Below the pieces are notes generated by a model. It did not search any database and was not told the DNA's origin. It was given only the letters and a program-made list of their open reading frames with translations. A stretch of 64,000 nt of DNA from Octopus bimaculoides (taxonomy: Eukaryota), in contig NC_068993.1 of NCBI RefSeq assembly GCF_001194135.2, forward strand, positions 62,030,352 through 62,094,351. The letters are read 5' to 3'. The position numbers and the translations under genes were made by a program. Numbering within the stretch: the first letter of the stretch is position 1; every line of letters starts with the position of its first letter. Positions 23,497 through 36,711 of this stretch are shown here, piece after piece.

Positions 23497-25841
23497 CAGC
23501 TGCAGCAGCAACAACAGTTGGAACAACAACAACCATAATAATAATTATAATGATAATAAACAATAACAGTGCAATGCAATTTGTAGGAAAATGACTTTGT
23601 TTAATTGAATTAAACAAATTGAACAATATTTTGACAGATTGTTCTTGAATTCAAAATGTAAAATGAAAAGAATATATTGTTATATTTCTTGATGGTCATT
23701 TTTTCTTTGTTAAATAAACACAAACTGTATATATTCATTCTTCACTTCAGATTTAGTATTGTTCTTTGTCTGAAAATCTGTTGTTACAGGATGTGTGATG
23801 AAAGATTTTTCAGACAAAAGACAATAAAATAAAAACAATGAAAAATCTGAAGTGAAGAACAAGTACGTAGTGTGTGTGTGTGTGTGTGTTTGTTTGTTTG
23901 ACAAAAGCAAAACAAAAACGACCATCCAGAAATATAACAATATCTGTTTCAGCAATTTCACATCAGGAATCTTGCAGAACATTATAGAAAAGAACTCAAA
24001 AATAGGGAAATTCAATAATTAACAGGAATATCCTGTATCTTGTTTTTTTTAGAGAAAATGCTGTCCTCAGTTTTGGGTTTTCCATGACTGGTAACAAGGA
24101 AAAAGGAAAAACCTGATGATATCATTATGTTTAAAAAGAAACACAGGACATTCCTGTTCATATTTTGGATTTCTGAGGTTTTATTGTGTTTTTTTCTTTT
24201 TACATTTTGAACGCAAAGAAGAAGCGGTCTGTTGAAATATTGTTCAATTCATTCACTTCAATGAACAGAGTCAATCTGTTACAAATTGCATCACACCCTT
24301 CTTGTTGCTTAATTTACCTCTGTGAAGAGTTACATCTGTCTTCGTAAATTAATAATAATAAATAATGATGATGATAATAATAATAATAATAATAATAATA
24401 ATGGTGATTTCATATTTTGTTTGATACAAGGCCAGCAATTTCAGAGGAATATGAATATACAAACATTGCCACCTACCTACATACGTTCATACATACATGT
24501 GTGTATCTGTGTGTTTGTATAAGGATAATAATGGTAGTGGTGACAGTCACAGAGTAGATATGAAACAAGAAAAAAATAAAAAGAAATTAAATAAGCTGCC
24601 TTTTTCCATTTATGATGGACTGTTTTATGAAATACACACACACATGCACACACAATACACACACACCTTGTTGCTATGTCTGTTAGATCTACTGAAAATT
24701 TATTGAACGAGTTTTCATTTCCAAACAAATTCCATTTCTATTTCTATAATAAAACAATTAAATCTTGTCAAAAGTGTTTTATTGGTCGATTGTTCTCTTA
24801 CAAACCTTTGTAAGTTTCTTAACTTCTTCAGAAAGTTTATGCAAATTCATGTCAAGCTGTTTGATTTTGTGACAGCACTGGGAGCTGTTGTCTTCTTGTA
24901 GTATGTCAAGGTAGGTTAGGAACCCATTGTCTTCCAGGTTATAGATTCATAAATATTTCACAGGCATAGATTTGTTACTGGACTGGCAGCTGATATGAAT
25001 TGTCTCCCCTAACTAACCCAGTTCGTAGTGTAGGATGTCCGTGGTTTCAATTGGTAGACCACATAAAATACAAGCTTATGGTCCACATAGAAATCTTAGT
25101 TAGTAGGCATAGATCGGAGTAACTGAAAGCTGGACACATTGTTCTTGGCATGGGGAGTGCACAGCAAGGTAATTAAGTGGAAACTGATGTAGTGGAGGGG
25201 GAGCGGCAAATCTGGAGATGGGTCTCTATGAGGAGTCATTGGAGTTCAATGGTTAGGGTATAGTAAAGAAGTTGATGTAGATACCTGTTGATTAGAGGTG
25301 GTAATCAGCAGACAATATATATATAGTGATGGTCGTTCTGCAGAAAAAAAATAATGTTTGACCAATTCTTTGGGGCTAGTTATAAGCATCTACCTAGCCA
25401 GCTAGTTGTAAATTTTCTTGCACAGAAAATGGGTTGTTACAGAAAAGAAGAAAAACAAAATTGATAATGGCACTTGAGTTCCATTTGAAAGTAAGTGATG
25501 GTGCAAGAAGAAAATCGTTTTGGTTTGGACAGTATGTTTAATGAGGTTACAAACGCATACATCCGGCTTTACGTTATGAGTTCAAGTTCTGCTGAGGCGG
25601 ACTTTGTCTTTCATCCTTTCGGGGTCAATAGAATAGGTAGCAGTTAAGCCACCTGCCCCAAACTTTCAGGCTTTGTGCCTATATTAGAAAGGACCATCAC
25701 CACCACCACCATCATCATCATCACATTTTTATTATATAGATGTACATGGGTACGCACACAGGTTACATATGCGGGCTAATCCACGTACTTATGTATTTAT
25801 GCTTGTCTTTCTATTTGCATGTCTATCTATCTATCTATCTA

Positions 25842-25874
<33 letters not shown>

Positions 25875-25924
25875 ATTTATCTATCTATCTATCTATCTCT
25901 ATCTGTCAGTCTGTCAGTCTGTCC

Positions 25925-25965
<41 letters not shown>

Positions 25966-26399
25966 TCTACCTCTCTTTGTCTGTATGTGTGGGGAGGCAG
26001 GGTGAATGTGTGTGTGTGTGTGCAAGTTTGCTGGTATTATATCGTGTCACTTGTGCTGCAGGAAATATAGTTAAATACCAAACTAATGTTTATGAAAAGA
26101 GAAAGAGAAGAGAAAACATGCTACAGAATCATTAAGGCTTGGAGTGGCTACTTAAAAAGTCATGAATCAATTTTACAGAATGTAAGTGCCCAAGCAAAAC
26201 TAAAGTGTGTGTAACACTTCTAAACTAAAATATATGCAATAACAATTGATGATACGGAGAAATTGCTAAATATATCGATAGATAATGTCATGGTGTTACG
26301 CGTGACTTTCACAAGTCATCTGGTAAGAGGTGTTAATTTTTGCTAATGACTTTCGGATCAGTTGCATCCGTTTTGATGACAGATCTTTAAGGAATTTAA

Positions 26400-26632
26400 A
26401 TTATTGTTTTACTTAGTTGAATACTATGACTAATGCCAAACACAAATTCACCGAAGATATTGCAACCATGGGTGTGCGACAAGATGCTTGCTTTCCCCCG
26501 ACGTGGTTTCAGATTCAGTGCTATTGTGTGAGACCTCATACAAGTGTCTTCTGCAATAGCCCCAGCCTGATCAAAGCATTTTGAAGGAATCTGGTTGACG
26601 GAAGCTAAAAGGAGTCCGTCATTTATATCCAT
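26400..26632 (-). mobile_element. Second mariner fragment (HTH region)
   Basis: DINDGLLLASVNQIPS...SHTIALNLK resembles the mariner N-terminal HTH region. Confidence 0.45.
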
Positions 26633-27085
26633 AGGGCTACCCAAAAGAAACCAGAATTTTGCAATATTATTTTATTTACTTAGTTTTACATATTTACACT
26701 TTTATCGCCTTCAAAGTATTCTCCATTTGAAGCTATGCATCAGTCCAGATGTGTTTTCCTCTGTTGCTAATTAATGCCTTTTTGATGTCTCCATCGTCTT
26801 TTTCTTCACCTCTTCCACATCTGCAAATTCTGTAGCACCAGCTTTCATCACCAGAGATGACATTTGAAAAAAAGGGTCTGGATCAACTTCTAATTGTTCT
26901 TTCAGTTCATGTTGTGCATTCAGTCGTGACTGCTTTTGATCTTCTGTCAATAAGCAAGACATAAAATTTTGCTGCAACTCTTTTCATTCGCAATTCCTCA
27001 TTCAAAAATGGTTGGCAGGAGTTCCAGGACACACCAGTCATATCAACAAGTTCAGCAATTGTTCGTTGATGTCTGTAAAAGTAAA
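26633..27085 (-). mobile_element. Internally deleted mariner (Tc1/mariner) transposase remnant
   Basis: Minus-strand peptides KRVAAKF..LLTEDQKQSRLNA..ELKEQLEVDPD..(ITGDE-equivalent region), then FADVEEVKKKT and CIASNGEYFEGD; TIR-like end AGGGCTACCCAAAAGAAACCAGAATTT at about 26634. Confidence 0.85.
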
Positions 27086-28029
27086 TGACAATGATGAGGC
27101 ATGGCTGTATGGTAGGAAGTTTGCCTCCCAACCTTATAGTTCCAGGTTCATTCCCACTGCATAACACAGAAGGGGCCCAGCTGACAAAAGCCTTGTGAGT
27201 AGGAGAAAACTGAAAGAAGCCTGTTGTGTGTGTGCGTATGTGTGTGTGTGTGTGTCACCACCGCTTGACAACCAGTGTTAGTTTGTTTACGTCCCCATCA
27301 CTTAGCAATTTGGGAAAAAAGACTGATAGAATAAGTTCCAGGCTATAAAAAAAAAAATTGCAGTCAATTTATTCGACTAAAACATTCAATATGGTGCCCC
27401 AGAATGGCCGCAGTCCAGAGAATGAAACAAGTAAATAGTATGAGATAAAAGATAATACCTTTACTTTCTACTTGTTTCAGTCATTGGACAGCGGGCTCGA
27501 AGGGTTAACAAAATTAATGTGGCAACCTCACACAATTATTTTAATTAAGACTAAATCTATAGACAGGACAATGCTAAACAAAACAAAGGAATGAGTTAAA
27601 AGCAAATGGAATGTTTTTGGTAGTTGATAATCAAAAGCGATGATAGTTTCGGTGATGTTTAGGTGAGTGTAGTGCTAATAACACTGTTTTCGGCATTATT
27701 CATGTCTATCAGTAAAACAGTTTTGCGTCTCTTTCATTGCAGTGAAGAAACGTAGAGCACGAGATGGTGAATGAAGAGACAATAGAACAATTAACAATAT
27801 AATAAAAAGGTTTTATTTATGATGATACTTGGTTTCACAATTCCTGTCATTCAGCTTAGCAGCCGCTGATTTAGTTGTAGTTTAGTAATGGAAGGTTAAG
27901 GGCTTCCTTGATGCCTGCCAGAGAACAGTGTAAAAGTGCTTCGTGGAGGAGTGAGGTATTGTCATGTAGAAGGTCTGAGCTCAACTCGCTAACAAAGTGA
28001 AACTAACTGTTTAAGTACGAGTTTTACTA

Positions 28030-28325
28030 TGCATGCGCAACTCGAGGGGCTTCCGGTGGTAAAGTCCCCTGCGCATGCGCAAAATAGTACTTCCTCAATG
28101 GCAGCTATAATTTCGCGCCACTACAAGCTTAAAATCTATTCAGCACTTACAAAACATAAAGTGATGGCAGAAGAATACACTAATGTAAGCAAAAAAACCC
28201 CTCTGAAATTCACACCCACAATGCTGCAACGCCACCTCAAGAATAAGGGCAACTATGCATCTCCTTGCACATCACTAGCGTCAGGGGTGAAAGTAAAACC
28301 TTCCGTGACTCGCTCCGGGCATTGA
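28030..28325. promoter_or_regulatory. Housekeeping-type promoter candidate (NRF1 and ETS motifs), probably for the MTMR2-like gene
   Basis: Perfect TGCGCATGCGCA at 28070-28081, TGCATGCGCA at 28030-28039, CTTCCGG at 28050-28056, ACTTCCT at 28089-28095, local CpG enrichment, and a GTAAGC donor at 28185. Confidence 0.55.
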
Positions 28326-31068
28326 AAGACACCCTCATTCATACATTATGACAAGGCACAATAAACATTTTATATTGTTAGAAATATTTTCTCATGAACA
28401 TTTTTATGAATATGAACCCCCTCCTCCCACATTCAGTTATTATTTAACTGAACGTTTTATTACAAACTGCTATTATTTGTCTTGACTGGTTGGTGTAGCT
28501 TTGCAAACGGTCATGTCATACGTCTGTGCATTCAATCATGTTATACTATATAAATTGTATGTTGCCATTTTTATACTGTGATAACCCTATATGTTCGAAT
28601 TGTTTGTTTTGACAGGATCAATTGTGACTGACATGTCTATTTATACCAGAATAAAATGACATTTTATAGAAATGTCTTTTCGTTAATCTTTTCCGTATCT
28701 CTGGAACTATCAACTTTTTATTGGTTCAGGTTACAGCGTGCGTGTAGTATAACTAAAAGAAAATATATTTGGTATTTTACACTTATAAAGCATTCACACA
28801 TTTCTGTAGATTAACTGCTAGGATTACATCGTGGCTTGGTACATAATATATAAGCTTATTAAAAAAATTTATCCTCATTGCTTAGCAAAAGAAAGATTAA
28901 AAATGGTGTCAAGTGCTATACGATTATTGCTCTGAATAAAACACATTTCACTGATGTCAGGCGTGGTCCCGGGAACTTTTCGAAGGGGGGGGGGCACAAG
29001 GTCAGGAGGGAATACAATTCCAGGAGAAAAGGGCATAATAACATTATTTAGAAGGGTGCACTTCTTTTGTTGAGTGGGGAATGTGCTCCTCAAGCCCCCA
29101 CCCCGGATCCGCCCCTGGATGTTGTCGTCAATTTGCATATTGGAGATATAACAACATCAGTGAATTTGCAGGATGCAGGGGGAAATATCTCATAGTATTT
29201 AGCAAGACTGTTAGCTAAAACTGACCTGGTCTTTCATCTTTCCGGTATCAATAAAGTAAACATTCACACACAACAGTCACTCTGTAGTATGTCGGTATTA
29301 GCATTAGTTAACACACATTTTAAATCTTAAGGTAGGCACAAACGACGCTGTAAGTCTACAGCTTTATTCGGTTTGTGATTAGCCGAATAAATAGGTGCAC
29401 CTATGCTATGTCCGATTGTCACTTATATAATGTGGCTGCAACCATGTTTAATTGAATTCCTTTACTTCGTTTCTCGAAGGATTACCGGCTTGTAGTTAGG
29501 TCCTATCGCATTTGCTACACAAGAACCATTCTTCTTCCATGTGCACAAGCAGTATCAACCAAACTCAATGCCGTCATCTCCCATATTTTCTACAAGCATT
29601 TCTATTAAGTTCCTTTCTATATACTCAAAGTACATCTGATGTATTCATGCATTCATTTACACTATTGACGTCTCTATAAAACACAATTTACTTCTTTACA
29701 GATCTTGCCTTTCATCCTTTAGGGGTCGATAAAATAAGTACCAGTTGAGCATTGGGGTCGATACAATCGACTTAGCCCCCACCCCCTCGAAATTGCTGGC
29801 CCTGTGTCAAAATTTGAAGCCAATATTCTCCAAAAGCGGCGAGCTGGGTGAGTTGTTAACATGTTGGACAAAATGCTTAGCAGCATTTTTTTCTGGCTTT
29901 ATGTTCTGTGTTCAAGTTCCACCAAGGTTGACTTTGCTTTTCATCATTTTGGAATCGCTGAAATAAATACCAGTAAAGCACTGGTATCAATGTAATCGAT
30001 TAGCCCATCCTCCCCACAGACTTCAGGCTTTGTGCCTATAGTAGAAAGGATTATTAATATCTATTAATCCAATTTAATCGGTTCAAATATGTTGTAGTGC
30101 ATCCGAGCACTACATACAAGTTCATTATGTATCAAACCAACACTATTTTATTCTTCTTCTGTCTACCACGAGCTATCCTTTCACTCACCTCCTTCTGATC
30201 ATCCATGTTTTTTCTCTTCAGATAATTAAAAGAAGTTGAAGTTGAAATTTCAGGCAGAAGGCCTGAAATTTATGGGGGCGGGCGTAAGTCGGCTCCGGAA
30301 GGACGAAGGGCAAAGTTGACCTCGGCGGAATTTCAACTTGGAATGTAAAACCGGATGAAATGTCGCAAAGCATTTTGTCCGGCATACTCACTGCCTCGCT
30401 GAACATATAAATTGGAAAGACCTCATTCGCCAGGAAGCACAAATCAATGTCTGTGGGAGCTATACCACTTTTTCTTTCTTCTTGGACTAAATTTAAAGAA
30501 TTGAAATACTGGTAATATATTAGAATTCAGTAAATCCAAAACACATTCTTGTAATTAAGAAAAAAAATGTATTATTAAATCTGTATCTTCTATATTTAAT
30601 TTTGTCTTTAGACTTGGCTTATTTTAATCAGTACCTCCTTTTTTCTCTCCGGAAGCAAATAAATACAAGTAATATACTTGTGTTCACCCCCCCCACAAAA
30701 AAAAAAGAATTAGCAAATTTGTATATTTTAAACTTAATTTAGTCTTTAAACTTGTCCTATACAAGGAAGTAATTTACTGCGAAACATACCTAAAGACCAG
30801 GTGTTAAGAAACTATTTAAGTAGCAGTGTGGAGTGACTTCCCTTGTTACTGCCGCTCTCCACCTAAAGCTGTCATTTACAGGTTAATGTTGTTATTAAAC
30901 AGTTATATATATATACATATATACAAATAAGGTGTATATATATGTATATATTTATATGAATATAATCTCACACGCTGTGGCAAACACTGTCTATTTATTT
31001 ATTTATATATACATGTAGCTATATATTTCCCTCTTCACTTTCGAAAGACTTTTTTCTCCCCCACCCAG

Positions 31069-31634
31069 TTTGTCGGTGTCGTCTAAAGAAACACTCATGG
31101 ATCCTCGAGAGAATTCCGATTTATACGATGGTGGAACTGTTAGTGTATCTACTGGGGCCAGTCGGTCTACCACTGGTGCCAGTAGTGAATCAGTGTCCAC
31201 TTCGGACCGTTCCATGCCTCAACAGTCTCCAAGTACCAGTTCAAAAGAGAGTGCTGGCTCGCCTTCCAAATCACTCTGTTCCTCGACATCGACATCTTCG
31301 GAAAATGTCCCGGCAGCGACCACCGTCAACGTTGCTCACAGCGCTGTTTTATCAACTTCGGAACCTGCCACTGTCAAGGTAAGTGACATCTATATATACA
31401 TACAACACACACACACACGTAAATGGGTATTTTTTCTGACTCCTCGGGCAACTACGTATATACTCCAGAGGGTAACAAATTCAAAGAATCTATGTCTGTC
31501 ACTAAGAATGAAGAACTCCAAGAATAAACCTTACAGTATAGAAACATTTAATCCATAATTGTTAATTTGACAAATATATTTTCTCGAACTAACGGTTGTG
31601 GATTATATATATATATATATATATATAATGTATG

Positions 31635-31672
<38 letters not shown>

Positions 31673-34600
31673 GATGCACATCGTAACATTGACTTGTTCC
31701 ATAGACAATTATATTAAGAAAGTGTATAAAGTTATTAACATTTTATCTTTGTATAATTCATTTAGGAAGTATATCCATATCGTGGCATCACGTATAAATT
31801 TGTGTACGCAAGCATAGACATAATGTATAAACCGTATAAACACACGCGCGCGTGTATGTGTGTGAAATAAACATGTGTGCGCTCCTCCCTCTGTTCAAAA
31901 TTTCAAGTTTCATTTTGTAGATACACGTACAATGTGTCAACTCACGTACACACACACACACACACACACACACATCAGACATCATACAGTCTGCCCTTCA
32001 CTCTGAGAGAAAAACAGTTTCTAGTCGAAGTAATAACTCCTAAACATTTTTTCCCATCGTATTTTCCCTCTAGCAACTATGCTTGAGGGTCACCTACCTC
32101 TGCTGTGATGTGTGTGTGTGTGTGTGTGTGTATGGGTCGGTCTGGAATTCCATCTCTAAATGTGCTAAATTAGCTACAAGAGCTTGGTCATCTGTATATA
32201 GACGGAGGACTATAATAAACAGGAGGAAGATGAGGAGTGAGCCTTTTGTGCCCCCACCCCTGTTGGCTAAATTCATCTCTGTAGTCATTTCTTGCAGACT
32301 GCACTGCTGTACATATTTTGCACAACCCTTGTTAGCCGTTCAGCTGTCAATAATTTTTTTTGTGATCACCAGATTACAGATTCTGGAATCCTATCAAAAG
32401 CCTTCTCCAGGACAATGAATGCCAAGTACAATGGCTTATTGCTAGCCAAGTACTTCTGCAATTGTTTCAGTAGGAAGAGTGTTTCAGTAAACTTTGGTAT
32501 AGTTTAAAACTCCAGTATTTTGAGGCTTTTTTGCAAATTTGTTGTTACTTGGCGCAGTGCATCCCACCCAATGTTATCGTTACAAACGAAGGCCTTCTAA
32601 CCAGAATACAAGGGCTGCAAGTTCCTCAGTTTACCATTTTCTCCACATTTTTTTTAGACTAGACATGGACAGTTGAGCCTTGCAACACTGAACAATTTTT
32701 GTTCCCTGCGCCAAAGAATAAACCCCAAGACTGTTGTGTTTGCACTGGAATTGCAATTTTTATTGTAAAGCTCCACTAATATTCCTTACTTTTGGATACA
32801 TACCAATTCTGGTGGCCTTTGGTATGGTTGTCAGGACACTATGATTTTGAGGCCTGTATTATAATTCTAATATCTCGTTAAAGGCGTGAATATCATAAAT
32901 TCCTTTTTAGTCATGTCACTAAAAAAAAAGGGAAAAGTCAGTGACTTTGTAAACTAACAACGAGGTGAGGTGGCAGAGATGTTAGCAATGTCAGATAAAA
33001 TAAATACATAGCAGCATATTCCTTTCAGCTCTTTACAAAAAAATAAACGTCTCTAAGAGCCAGCACTTAGCTTTAATTTTATGGTATCAAATATTTTAAA
33101 TGTGGTGTTGATTATCCTTAAATTTTGGGGTATTGAATTTGTTGAATTGGTAGTGTTTCTGAGTAAATTCCTTACATATTCTACAAGTAGTTGACTTAGT
33201 TTTGCAGCCCAGTGGGAGTTGATTAACCCATAAAGCATGACGGGCCACAATCGTGGCTGTGAGGCACAGATCGACAGGCCATGATTGTGGCTCAGATAGG
33301 TGCATTTAATTTATGGGTGTTTGTTGGGGGTCTAGTGTCACTTACATGCTCCAATAAACCCCCAGAATGCAAGAGTGCTAATAGTTCAACTAATGACTTT
33401 TCAGATGATGTAAAACTTGCCACCATTATATACTAAGAAGATAGTTTAACTATTGTTTTGCTTTTTATGTGTGTTTGGTAGTATCATCATCATCATCATC
33501 ATCATCATCATGATCGTCATTTAACGTCCGCTTTCCATGCTGGCATGGGTTGGATGGTTCAACTGAGGACTGACGAGCCAGAAGGCTGCACCAGGCTCCA
33601 ATCTGATCTGGCAGAGTTTCTACCGCTGGATGCCCTTCCTAACGCCAACCACTCTGAGAGTGTTGTGGGTGCTTTTACGTGCCACCGGCACGAGGGCCAG
33701 TCAGGTAATACTGGCAACGACCATGCTCAAAAGGTGTTTTTTACGTGTCACCTCCATGGGAGCCAGTCTGGCAGCAATGGCGATGACCACGCTCGAATGT
33801 TGTTTTTCATGTGCCACTAAAAGTAAAAAAAATAAAATTATTGAGAAAAAACCCCCATAAAAATTGATGTCCAGAGAATGATTATAAAGATAGTGATAAT
33901 GATGATGATGCTTCTGTTAAGAATTGTTTTTCATTATCCCTGTCACTCTCTGAGTATTGATTTTATCAGCCCAGATATGGCATTGAGTCCTGAATAGAAT
34001 GTCAGACTTTAAGCCGTAGTAACATTGATAGTTCAGCTTATTTTTAGTTGGCTTATTTCTGGTGAGCCAGGAAATGATGATACACACCAGTCAAATATTA
34101 AGGATGGTTACATTAATTATAACTTTTAAATTGACTACACTGAAGGATTGTCATCTGGTGCCAAACTTAATCATCATCATCATCATTGATAATGTTTAGT
34201 TTATGCCTTTCCAGTGACAGTTGTAAGTTTTGTCTCAGGTATCAGGTGCCACTTGGTAAGTTATGGGAAACATGCAAAATTCAGAGGAAGTTACAATAAT
34301 GATGGAATCTAAAAACAGAAACAATTCCTATCATAGTAGGTGCCTTAGGTATAATAAAAAAATATTCAGACAAATACATAACAAAAACACCAGGACTTAC
34401 AAATATATATAACATACAGAAAATTGCACTACTGGGTACTGCACACATTCTACGCAAAACACTTTCAATACAGTAAACATAAGAGCACCACAGCACATAC
34501 CCAAGGCGCACAGAGCTGTGCTCGGTAGTGAAGTGAAAGCACGTTATAAAAATAAAACTACTGAATAATAATAATAATAATAATAGTGATAATAATAAAT

Positions 34601-35354
34601 ATAATAATGGTTTCAAATTTGGCCACAAGGGCAGCCATTTTGAGGGAGAAAATGAGTCGTTTACATCAACCCCAGTGTTTTACTGGTATTTAATTTATTG
34701 ACCCTGAAAAGATGAAAGGTCAAGTCAACCTCGGCGGAATTTGAATTCAGAACATAGCAGCAGATGAAATACTGCCAAGCATTTCATCCGGTGTGCTAAC
34801 GAGTCTGCCAGCTCGCTGCCTTAATAATAATAATGATAATAATAATGATGATGATGATGATGATGTTTCAGATTTTGGCATAAAGCCAGCAGTTTTTAAG
34901 GGAAGGGTTTAACCAACCCCATTAACCCCAGTCAACCCTGAAAGGATGAAATAAAGTGTGTTGCTCTAGAACACGATCCACCACTAGGAATTGAACACAC
35001 GGCCTTATGAGAGTGAGCTGAATACCCTAACCACTAAGCCATGTGCCTTCTCAAATATATATACCTTTATTAGATAGTCCCAAACAAGGCAAGAAACCCT
35101 TCAGCGTAAGGGATTATGAAGCTGGAGGGATTAAGAGGAAAGGAATGAATTTATTTCAAAAGAAGGAGAGAAACAATGAGATACATATGCAATGGGCTTC
35201 TTTAAGTTTCCATATACCAAAACTACTCATAAAGCTTTGGTTGGCCCAAGGCTATGGTAGAAGCCATTCACCCAAAGTGCCATGGAATGGGACTGAACCT
35301 AAAACCATGTGGTTGGGAAGCAAATTTCTTACCATACAGTTAATCATATATGAG

Positions 35355-35394
<40 letters not shown>

Positions 35395-35668
35395 CCGCCT
35401 GACTGGCCTCCGTGCCAGTGGCACATAGAAAGCACCATTTGAACGTGGTTGTTACCAGTGCCACCTGACTGGCTCCCATGCTGGTGACATGTAAAAAGCA
35501 CCCACTACACTCTCTGAGTGGTTGGCATTAGCAAGGGCATCCAGCTGTAGAAATATTACCAGATCAGATTGGAGCACGGTACAACCTTCTGGTTTGCCAG
35601 TCCTCAGTCAAACCGTCCATCGCATGCCAGCATAGAAAGCGGACATTAAACGATGACAATAATGATTA

Positions 35669-35699
<31 letters not shown>

Positions 35700-36680
35700 A
35701 TATAGTCAAACTTATATGAACTCATGTTATGTAGAGTCAAGCAGATATAGTTATGTAGGTTACTATTATACAGAATCTGAAAAGCATTCATAACAAAACA
35801 GATTTTTTGAAATGTCTTTGTTTTGCCACTGTAACAATTAAAATAGATAATTAACATCATAAATTAGTCTTTCTATTGACATCTGGTTATGAAATGGAAG
35901 AGATAAGATATCCAGTCATATATATATATTTAGCCATATGTAATTAATTAATTGGTTCATTCTATAAAGGAGACACTTTTAGTTCTTCTGTATTTTTGTA
36001 GATTCATTCTTTGTTTGATAAATTAGGCCCACAAAGGTCACAGGTACTGCTTCCTCTGCTTCAGATGTTTAATCTTTTAAAAATAAAGCTGAAAACTCTA
36101 TTAATTAAAATTACTTGCTCCTTTTTGTATTTAAAGAAAAATATAATTATTGCTATCATCTGTGTCTTTTTTTGAAATATCAATGTTCCTCTGTCCCCTG
36201 CTCGCCTCTCCCTCCAGCCTAAAAACGTAGACTGCTTTGAATGAGTTTTGTCCCTCTCCTTCCATGACCTTTCCTTTGATCTTTACTGCTAACATCTGAT
36301 GAGTCAGGTGACGGTGGGCAACTAACCATAACAGTAAAGAAAGAAATTCATAAACATCATCATCTTCATCATCACTGTCATCACCATCATCATCATCACC
36401 ATCACCAACATCATTATCATCATCAAGCAGAAGATACAAGAGAAAAAGACATCTTTGAGATGACAGAAGACATGGGATGTGATGAGACCAAAAATCAAAA
36501 TATCAGGGTGCTAGATAGGTAGCAGACAATGGAACATGGTGCCATCTCCTGGCTTACCATCTCCTGGCTTACCATCTCCTGGCTTACCATCTCCTGGCTT
36601 ACCATCTCCTGGCTTACCATCTCCTGGCTTACCATCTCCTGTAAAACCATCTAATCCATGTCAGTATGGAAAACAGACAT

Positions 36681-36711
<31 letters not shown>

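Noticed and set aside
23497-23538. In-frame QLQQQQQLEQQQP* after the ILVBL stop (readthrough extension?)
   Set aside because: The stop is TAA without a readthrough context; the extension is a CAG/CAA microsatellite
25050-25310. Possible Penelope RT remnant on the minus strand
   Set aside because: Only weak, frameshifted motif resemblance; cannot be supported without a search
27740-27880. U3-like GTAGAGCAC motif and a box C (ATGATGA)...box D (CTGA) pair
   Set aside because: No U3 box A/A' region, no terminal stem, and such short motifs are abundant in this GAT-rich DNA
28958-29117. Possible MITE ending in GGATCCGCCCCTG
   Set aside because: Left TIR is too degraded and no TSD could be established
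32369-32486. Apparent MTMR2 cassette exon (ccag|ITDSG...|gtaaac)
   Set aside because: The opposite strand is a clear RTE reverse-transcriptase motif (LEKAFDRIP); no myotubularin similarity
36295-36320. CTGATGA-GTCAGGTGAC hairpin resembling a hammerhead
   Set aside because: Followed by GGTG rather than GAAA, and no stem I or III; likewise CTGATGAG at about 39029 lacks G12
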